Source of the DNA: an archaeon
GTDB lineage: Archaea > Micrarchaeota > Micrarchaeia > Anstonellales > Bilamarchaeaceae
Reading direction: 5' to 3'
Length of the DNA stretch: 39,770 nt
Assembly: GCA_020052735.1 (NCBI GenBank)
Contig: JAGVON010000046.1
Location: 1-39,770, forward strand
In this document: positions 33,791 to 39,770 of the stretch, one piece after another
Numbering within the stretch: the stretch's first letter is position 1
Layout of the letters: each line of letters opens with the position of its first letter
Translations under genes and position numbers: made by a program
Notes under the pieces: generated by a model
What the model was told of the DNA's origin: nothing
The model's input: the letters and a program-made list of their open reading frames with translations, nothing else
The model's database searches: none

Positions 33791-35806
33791 CTAGTCCTTC
33801 ACCTTCTCTGAGACAAATTCCACCAGATTGGCGTAATGCTCTGGACCGAACCTATATTTATTGAATATGGATTCCGGAACGCGGGAATCCAGGTGGTTGT
33901 CGAATATCCACCTCAGCCCGCCCTCCAGGTAAGCGGGGCTGCGTATGCTGTAGACCGCGCTCGGCTTGGGGGCGATGCCCGGGCGCAGCTCCTGCGAGGG
34001 GAGATGCACATAGCGCCCCGCCCTATCGTACAGAAGCACCGGCACTGAATTCTGGAGCGCCTCTTCTATGACCGTGGAGGAAAAATTAACCAGCAGGTCC
34101 GTAACCGTGAGGATGTCGGGAAACGAATCCTTCGACGAGCTGATGGTTATGTTTTCGGACTCGGGGAGCAAAAGCTTCATGTCGTCCGCAGACAGGTTCC
34201 TGCCCGGGTGCAGACGGACTACGAGGTGGGCGTCGCCGAGCTCGTCTGTTGCGTTTACTAGGTCAGACAGCGATGATACGAACTCGTCGAAGGTTTCGAA
34301 CACCTGGAAACGCATGCTGAACCTCTCTCTCACGCTCTCCGGGTAGAGGAGTATCTTCTTCCCGGAGGGGACATGGCCCAGGATCCTTTTCCGTATCTCT
34401 TCCTTTTGGCCGGGCGACGTTTTGGCGAGGATGAGCGGCCCTGTCCGTATTGGCGTGTTGCCGGATTTGTAGCTCTGGAAATGCCGCTCCATCTCAGGCG
34501 TCTGCATCGCCGCATAATTGTAGAATGGGGAAAGGTTGAGCGTCTCGCCCATGTGGCGGTACTCTATCCTCTCAATCTCGTTTTCAGGCCTCTTCAGCGT
34601 GCCGTGGGAGACCATCAGCGCGGGGATGCCGCGCTTCCTGCACAGCTCGGCAACCATGAGCGACCTTTCGCGCGCCAACGGGGAGATGAGCAGCCTGGCG
34701 TCCAGATGCTCCAGCATGTCTTCCACATTCTCGGATTCCGCGTGGAGCTTGAGGATGAAAAACTTCAGGTCCTTCCGGATTTTTTCTGAAAACAGGTCAA
34801 AAAACCTCACGCCGCGGTGGGTGAAAAGGCTGCTGTGGCTGCGCTCTATATCGTCCAGGGCGTTGTCCACCGCCATTTCAAGGGAATGGTATTTTGCTGG
34901 AATTCTGCGGAAGATGCGGCGTGCCGAGATTGGGAGCCTTGCGTCAAGCACGCCTATTTTTTCATTCCTGGCTGCAATGCCAAGCGCTTTTCCAAGGAAG
35001 AACTCCGCCATGCACTTGGACGGCTTCTTGCTGGAAAACTCGGCCCATGCCACCTCAGGGAAACGGCTCTTGAGGCCGAGGGCGAGGCCGCGCATGTTGT
35101 AGCCGGTGGAAGCGAGCAGAATCGTTTTTCTTTTGCCCAGTGCGTGCATCCAGAACGGCCTGAACAGCGTGTAAACAAATTCTTCAAACGTGTCCAGCGG
35201 ACTTGCGCCCAATGATGCACTGTGCCCACATGCCTGCAGCGGGCTGAGCGGTATTTCAACAAACTCGACCCCAGCGTCTCTGGCAAAAACCTTTGCGATG
35301 TGCCCGATGAACCTCTCGGAATTATGGATGAGCGGTGGGGTATGAGTGCAAAAATCGTTCACTGGCGCGCATGCATAAACCCCGGAAACCCTGTTCTTCC
35401 TGAAAATCTCCGATATCAGCTCAGAAACCCAGAGGAAGTGGTTGATGTAGAAGCGGGCGTAAAATAGGAAGGTGTTTTCGCACGTTCCGGGGATGCTGGT
35501 TGAACCGCCAAGATTGAATGCGCCGGACAGCGACCTGAGCCACCGCTCTGATTTCAGCATCAGGCGTGCATGGGATTCGTTGGTGAAGTAGGGCAGGGTG
35601 TTCTCATACTGGATCTCCATCCTCTTCAGGAATATTTGTACCTTAGGGCTGAGCGCGATTATCTTGAACCTGCGCGGGGAGAGCGAGTTGCTTTCGCAAT
35701 AATCAAGGAATGCCCTTGCTTCGTCCTCAAATTCCAAAAGGGCGACGTCTACATCCCTGCTGCGCGGCGTCTTTTCCCAGTTCCATCCCCCAACCATCCT
35801 ATGCAC
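33791..35806 (-). CDS. Large uncharacterised protein, putative CMP/CDP-donor GT-B transferase (orphan 3)
   Basis: 671 aa. GTG at 35806 abuts the upstream stop; ATG at 35797 is an alternative. 'LMVSHGT' lies mid-protein. 'VVRLHPGRN' is followed by 'LVNFSSTVIEEALQNSVP', with the first Ser 43 residues after the His. Confidence 0.4.
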   Translation of the reverse strand: MHRMVGGWNWEKTPRSRDVDVALLEFEDEARAFLDYCESNSLSPRRFKIIALSPKVQIFLKRMEIQYENTLPYFTNESHARLMLKSERWLRSLSGAFNLGGSTSIPGTCENTFLFYARFYINHFLWVSELISEIFRKNRVSGVYACAPVNDFCTHTPPLIHNSERFIGHIAKVFARDAGVEFVEIPLSPLQACGHSASLGASPLDTFEEFVYTLFRPFWMHALGKRKTILLASTGYNMRGLALGLKSRFPEVAWAEFSSKKPSKCMAEFFLGKALGIAARNEKIGVLDARLPISARRIFRRIPAKYHSLEMAVDNALDDIERSHSSLFTHRGVRFFDLFSEKIRKDLKFFILKLHAESENVEDMLEHLDARLLISPLARERSLMVAELCRKRGIPALMVSHGTLKRPENEIERIEYRHMGETLNLSPFYNYAAMQTPEMERHFQSYKSGNTPIRTGPLILAKTSPGQKEEIRKRILGHVPSGKKILLYPESVRERFSMRFQVFETFDEFVSSLSDLVNATDELGDAHLVVRLHPGRNLSADDMKLLLPESENITISSSKDSFPDILTVTDLLVNFSSTVIEEALQNSVPVLLYDRAGRYVHLPSQELRPGIAPKPSAVYSIRSPAYLEGGLRWIFDNHLDSRVPESIFNKYRFGPEHYANLVEFVSEKVKD

Positions 35807-36715
35807 CTAATCAGCGTATGCTACGGCGAACAGTGTGTCCGCACTCCCTTCCCGGGACAGATGCTCCCTGTAATGGCCCTCAAGCCAGCGGTACTCGCCG
35901 GGCATTTCAAAGGCCGGCCTTGAGAGCTGCGGCTTCCCCTCCCCGAGCCAGTGGCACAGGTTCTGGATTCCGTACCTCTGGACGAAGCCCACCTCTATTT
36001 TCTTGAAGCCGGCTCCGGAAAGGGCCTTTTCCAGAGTATTTTTGCCGAAGTAATTCAAGTGGGCGCGGTTCCAGTAGAATCCGTTGTAGGCGGGGCTGGT
36101 GCCCAGCATAAGCTCGGAGACGTTCGGGGCCTCTACGAGAAGGCATCCGCCTTTCTTCACAAGTTTGCGCACGTTCCTGCAGAAGCCGATGGGGTCGGCC
36201 ATGTGCTCAAGCACATGGAAAAGCGTGACTATGCCGTATTGCCCGATGTCGCCGGTGCTGCCGGCATCGGCAAGGTTGGCGTCAAAGATTTGGGCGTCTG
36301 TGACATCCTTCGCGGCCCTTCTCCGCTCCACGCTTATCTCCACGCCCTTCGCATCATAGCCCCTCGCCCTCATCTCCTTGAGGAAAAAGCCATAGCCGCA
36401 GCCGATGTCCAGCAGGGCTTTTCCCTTGGGGAACCTGGCAGAGATGAAATCCGCCCTGCGCAGCACGTCCGCCCTGAAGGCGCCTTCAAGAAAGCCGAGG
36501 TCAAGGTCCTTCCTGAGGGACCTCTCCTGCGAGTCCTTGTCGTAAAAGTTCTTGTCTTCTGAGATTGCGGGCCTGGGCAGCAGCTGCACGTGGCCGCAGG
36601 AAAGGCATGCGTACACCTTGTAATCGCCCCCTTCCCTTATCCTGCCTGCCGCCATCCTGAACCTGCCGCTGCCGCAAAGGTTGCAGGAGCCGGCATTGAT
36701 TACTTCGTCTTGCAT
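35807..36715 (-). CDS. Class I SAM-dependent methyltransferase with N-terminal Cys4 zinc ribbon
   Basis: 'CNLCGSGRF...YACLSCGHVQL' ribbon; motif I 'LLDIGCGYGFF'; 'LFHVLEHMADP'. Confidence 0.8.
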   Translation of the reverse strand: MQDEVINAGSCNLCGSGRFRMAAGRIREGGDYKVYACLSCGHVQLLPRPAISEDKNFYDKDSQERSLRKDLDLGFLEGAFRADVLRRADFISARFPKGKALLDIGCGYGFFLKEMRARGYDAKGVEISVERRRAAKDVTDAQIFDANLADAGSTGDIGQYGIVTLFHVLEHMADPIGFCRNVRKLVKKGGCLLVEAPNVSELMLGTSPAYNGFYWNRAHLNYFGKNTLEKALSGAGFKKIEVGFVQRYGIQNLCHWLGEGKPQLSRPAFEMPGEYRWLEGHYREHLSREGSADTLFAVAYAD

Positions 36716-36978
36716 AGGGATTTCATCCTGTCCGGATTTTGTTTTCCAAAAACACTTTCTGCACGAATAACTTTGCTATGCTGTTAATAAAATGTTTTGC
36801 CTCGCCTGCCCCGCCGCTCTGTTGCATGACTCCCCGTCCCTTTCGTTAATCCGCCCTTCCCCATACCATCCCGGCCGGCCATTGAATTGATTTGACGGAT
36901 CTATGTCAAAGCGCAGGTTTCTTGGCATCCAGGCGACTGGCAGGTTACCACGAATCAGGGGGGGTTGGCGGATGGCCC

Positions 36979-38358
36979 CTACTTCTTTTTGGATATGGCC
37001 AAGGACCTTCTTGCTTTCCTCAGGAAATCATGAACACGTGGATAATCATGAAGCACCGTGGACAATCTGCGCCTCATGTCGTAAGGATAGACCAGGACCT
37101 GCCAGTTCTTGTGGTAACGCAGAAGCATTTTATTATGTTCCGGCGGATACTTCAAAACAGAACTCCTTCGTTCGCTTGAAAATGAATTGTACGCCTCCAC
37201 ATCAACCAGCTTGTTGGAAAAACAGTGGTCGCCAAGAACCGTTCCCTTGTATGGATAGAATATGTTTACGCCGCTGTCAGTCGGGTTGAGGCGCCTATTG
37301 AGCCTGACGGTGTCCTTAATCATTTCTTCCGTCTCCCCGGGCACTCCAATGATGTTTATGGCCGTAGTTTCCATTTTATATTTTTTGCACAGGTCGAAAG
37401 CATCAGTAATCTGTTTTTCTGTTATATTCCTGTTCATGATGGTGTTTCTCACATAATCATTCCCAGATTCAACGCCGAACTGGAGCTTGAAGCAGCCTGC
37501 CCCCCTGAGTTTTTTGATAAAATCCTCATCTATGACATTAACCCTGAGCAAGCAAAAGAACCTTTTGCCAATCTCTTGCTTATACTTTTCTAAAAATTCG
37601 TCCCTCCACCTCGCATCCAAACCGAATGTATCGTCAATGATGGAGATGGTATCGAAAGGATATGCTGCGTCGGCCTGCTTAATCTCGTCTATGCATGCAT
37701 CAACGGCCTTGAATCTTGGCTTATTGGACACCATGCCATAAACCTTCGCCAGCGCATGGTTGCTGCAGTACGTGCATAGGAAAGGGCATCCGCGGGCAAA
37801 GAAAAACGGTGCCGCGCCGGTTGCCTTGATGTATCTTTCAAATAAGGCATCTTTTATGGGGTGGGGCAGAACTTCCAGATTCTGGATAAGCGGCTTGAGG
37901 GGATTTGTGATGACCGCGCCGTCTTTTTTATATGCAAGGTTATCCACAGTTGTGTAATCCTGCCCCGCCCCAACCTTTTCCAGGAATTCACCAAAACTCA
38001 ACTCTGACTCACCAACGAAAAGTGCATCTATATCCTCGCTTTCACCCAGGGCAGCTGGGTATAACGTCGGGTGAACGCCGCCTGCGACAACGGTTATGTT
38101 TTTATCGATCTCCTTAACTAATTTGGCACATTTTTTGACGGGATGGAATTGGGAGGAAACTGAAGAAAATCCGACGACGCGGGGCTTAAAGGAACGGACA
38201 GCGTCAGTAAGCTTAGGGTATTCCTCTTCTGCACATATGTCAACCATCATTACATTGTGCCCTTTGCTTTTGGCATAGGCAGCTACACTGGATAAACCAA
38301 ATGAATAGGGGACTTCATGAAATCCGTTTACATTAGTGATGCCTAATAGAATATTCAT
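36979..38358 (-). CDS. B12-binding-domain (class B) radical SAM enzyme
   Basis: 459 aa. The N-terminal 'LSSVAAYAKSKGHNVMMVDI' cobalamin-domain-like segment is followed by 'ARGCPFLCTYCSN'. Confidence 0.8.
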   Translation of the reverse strand: MNILLGITNVNGFHEVPYSFGLSSVAAYAKSKGHNVMMVDICAEEEYPKLTDAVRSFKPRVVGFSSVSSQFHPVKKCAKLVKEIDKNITVVAGGVHPTLYPAALGESEDIDALFVGESELSFGEFLEKVGAGQDYTTVDNLAYKKDGAVITNPLKPLIQNLEVLPHPIKDALFERYIKATGAAPFFFARGCPFLCTYCSNHALAKVYGMVSNKPRFKAVDACIDEIKQADAAYPFDTISIIDDTFGLDARWRDEFLEKYKQEIGKRFFCLLRVNVIDEDFIKKLRGAGCFKLQFGVESGNDYVRNTIMNRNITEKQITDAFDLCKKYKMETTAINIIGVPGETEEMIKDTVRLNRRLNPTDSGVNIFYPYKGTVLGDHCFSNKLVDVEAYNSFSSERRSSVLKYPPEHNKMLLRYHKNWQVLVYPYDMRRRLSTVLHDYPRVHDFLRKARRSLAISKKK

Positions 38359-38388
38359 TTAAATCTAGAGTACTAGTGCTTCCGAAGG

Positions 38389-38400
38389 TAATTAAAAATA
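38389..38400 (-). promoter_or_regulatory. TATA-box-like element upstream of the B12-radical SAM gene
   Basis: 'taattaaaaata' (minus strand TATTTTTAATTA) is centred about 37 nt from the ATG at 38358. Confidence 0.4.
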
Positions 38401-38467
38401 TCATCTTGGGGTCGGGGCGAGGGGAATCCTTGCCTTTGCGGGAAACGATGCTGGGGGCCGCCTGAGA

Positions 38468-39544
38468 TTATTGCAGCCCTGCGTATATCTTCCCTATCGC
38501 GGAAGCGGCGGAATCCCATGAGTTCCTCCTTGCGAATCCAAGGGCGTTCGCGCGCAACTTGCCCAGCTGCCCCGGGGGCATTGCGGCGGAATCGCTTATT
38601 AGGGCAAACAGCCCCGAAGGGTCCGCCGGAGCGAATGTGAGGCCTGCGCCGCTTTCCTTTGCCATTGCGGAGAGGGTGGGGATATCCGAAGCAAGGAAGG
38701 GCAGGCCGCATGCCATCGCCTCCAGGAGGACGAGGGGATTGCCCTCGCTCAGGGAGGGGAGGATGAAGAAATCGGCCTTCTGGTAAATTCTGGATATTCC
38801 GCCGTGGGGGATTGCGCCGAGGAATTTGACATTCTCCAGATGGCTTTCATCTGCAAAGGATTTCAGCCCTTTTTCCTCTTCGCCCTCTCCCGCAATCCAG
38901 AATTCCGCGGGGATGTTCTTTTCCTGGGAGATTTTTGCTGCCTTGAGCAGGGTGGGCAGGCCCTTTACCTTTGCGAGGCGGCCCACGAAAAGGAAAATGG
39001 TTTTGGGGTTCTTCTGCCCCTTTTCCGCAGGGCGGAACTTTTCGGTGTCAACTCCGCAGGGGATTGTGGAAATCCTTTCCGCTGGAATGCCGATTGAGGC
39101 GAGCGCCTTGCTGCCCGCGGAATCCACGCTTATGACGCGGGAATAGCCCAGCTTCGCGAGGAATGACTGCCCCCAATGCTTGACCGGGCCTATGAGTTCC
39201 CTGCCCCTGAAGCCATGCATCTGGAGGATGGGTTTGCCGCCCTTCAGGATGGAGGCGGACTTCGCGAGGAAGCCGGCTGCTGCGCCGTGCGCGTGGTAGA
39301 TATGGAATTTCCCGGAAGTGGCGAGGAACCAGAGGGCTTTGAAGAAGAAGGACATGCGGCCTTTTCCTTTCCTGATGACCGTGGCCTTGCCTTCTTCCTT
39401 GGATGCGCCTTCGGGGAGGGAATATGCGGGCGTGAGGACAGTGATGTCATAATCTGCGGAAAGCCTTTTGGAAACCTCCTGCACGAAGATGCCTCCGCCT
39501 CCGGAATGCGGGGGGTAGTCCTCCACAACCATGCATATTTTCAT
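38468..39544 (-). CDS. GT4 (GT-B, group 1) glycosyltransferase
   Basis: 'MKICMVVEDYPPHSGGGG' N-terminus and the EX7E region 'EGNPLVLLEAMACGLPFLASD'. Confidence 0.85.
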   Translation of the reverse strand: MKICMVVEDYPPHSGGGGIFVQEVSKRLSADYDITVLTPAYSLPEGASKEEGKATVIRKGKGRMSFFFKALWFLATSGKFHIYHAHGAAAGFLAKSASILKGGKPILQMHGFRGRELIGPVKHWGQSFLAKLGYSRVISVDSAGSKALASIGIPAERISTIPCGVDTEKFRPAEKGQKNPKTIFLFVGRLAKVKGLPTLLKAAKISQEKNIPAEFWIAGEGEEEKGLKSFADESHLENVKFLGAIPHGGISRIYQKADFFILPSLSEGNPLVLLEAMACGLPFLASDIPTLSAMAKESGAGLTFAPADPSGLFALISDSAAMPPGQLGKLRANALGFARRNSWDSAASAIGKIYAGLQ

Positions 39545-39562
39545 GCGAAAACTGTTCTCATC

Positions 39563-39574
39563 TTATAATTTAAA
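39563..39574 (-). promoter_or_regulatory. TATA-box-like element, leaderless-type spacing
   Basis: 'cttataatttaa' (minus strand TTAAATTATAAG) is centred about 25 nt from the ATG at 39544. Confidence 0.4.
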
Positions 39575-39584
39575 CCATACTCCA

Positions 39585-39770
39585 TCAGGCAAGGCGCTCC
39601 AGTGCGGATGCAAGCCTGCCGCATGCGGACGGGAAGAGGATATAAGCGGCGATTGAAACCCACGCGAGGAGGGAGAGGGCGCTGAACAGCCCGTAATAGT
39701 TGTTGGGCACATACTCAAGAGTGAGTTCGTGCGGGCCTGCGCCCAAATCAAGCGGGACGGAAAGGAAGCC
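39585..39770 (-). CDS. 3' end of an integral membrane protein (possibly a YfhO-like or other membrane glycosyltransferase); 5' part lies outside the window
   Basis: This ORF is not in the supplied track because it has no start in the window. The minus frame entering at 39770 reads 'GFLSVPLDLGAGPHELTLEYVPNNYYGLFSALSLLAWVSIAAYILFPSACGRLASALERLA' and ends with TGA at 39585-39587. It has a terminal TM helix. Confidence 0.5.
   Translation of the reverse strand, partial: GFLSVPLDLGAGPHELTLEYVPNNYYGLFSALSLLAWVSIAAYILFPSACGRLASALERLA

Noticed and set aside
36723-36827. 34-aa minus-strand small ORF in the 263-bp gap
   Set aside because: It is too short and too A/T-rich to call. It overlaps what looks like the promoter A/T tract and has no conservation evidence. 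It is mentioned only as a possibility in the gap finding.
38408-38457. Cluster of G-runs (gggg, gggg, gggg, ggg, ggggg) with G-quadruplex potential in the GT4 / radical SAM intergenic region
   Set aside because: One loop would be about 15 nt. The runs lie on the non-coding (plus) strand of a minus-strand unit. G-runs are expected in GC-rich sequence, and nothing supports a function.
1-39770. Search by eye for CRISPR arrays, tRNA or rRNA genes, transposases, integrases, toxin-antitoxin or known defence-system proteins
   Set aside because: None found. Every ORF longer than 140 aa that is not a shadow frame fits sugar or glycan metabolism or is one of the three orphans. Intergenic space is too small for RNA genes, except the 263-bp gap, which shows no tRNA-like structure.

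Overview
Gene-dense 39.8-kb surface-glycan biosynthesis island. I call 37 CDS, one of them a 3' fragment at the right edge. By eye there are no rRNA or tRNA genes, CRISPR arrays, transposases, integrases or recognisable defence genes.

Contents:
(i) A translationally coupled pseudaminic-acid (Pse) core, pseB-pseC-pseI-pseH, extended by PIG-L deacetylase, ATP-grasp ligase, SDR and HAD genes.
(ii) A complete Kdo pathway: kdsB, then kdsA-kdsD-kdsC.
(iii) Two further cytidylyltransferases, one embedded in an oxidoreductase / aminotransferase / GNAT triad.
(iv) UDP-sugar supply genes: epimerase, ugd, nucleotidyltransferase.
(v) Assembly genes: two GT2, one GT4, a MOP flippase.
(vi) Unusually heavy tailoring capacity: two B12-binding radical SAM enzymes, two SPASM-type radical SAM enzymes, two Zn-ribbon SAM methyltransferases and an AsnB-like amidoligase.
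(vii) Three large (617-671 aa) uncharacterised proteins with shared motifs that I read as CMP/CDP-donor GT-B transferases, plus an aldolase-DUF115 (Maf-like) fusion.

Most interesting: two convergent, mirror-image cassettes, each holding a large orphan, a cytidylyltransferase, a Zn-ribbon methyltransferase and a SPASM radical SAM. One is built around Kdo and the other around a NeuA-like enzyme.

Host: operon heads carry TATA-box-like A/T elements about 25-35 nt upstream of start codons with little or no leader. Internal genes are joined by ATGA overlaps or GGTGA-like sites. ATA and AGG codons are frequent in a GC-rich background. This suggests an archaeal host but is not proven from this window.

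All family assignments come from motif recognition by eye. No searches were run.
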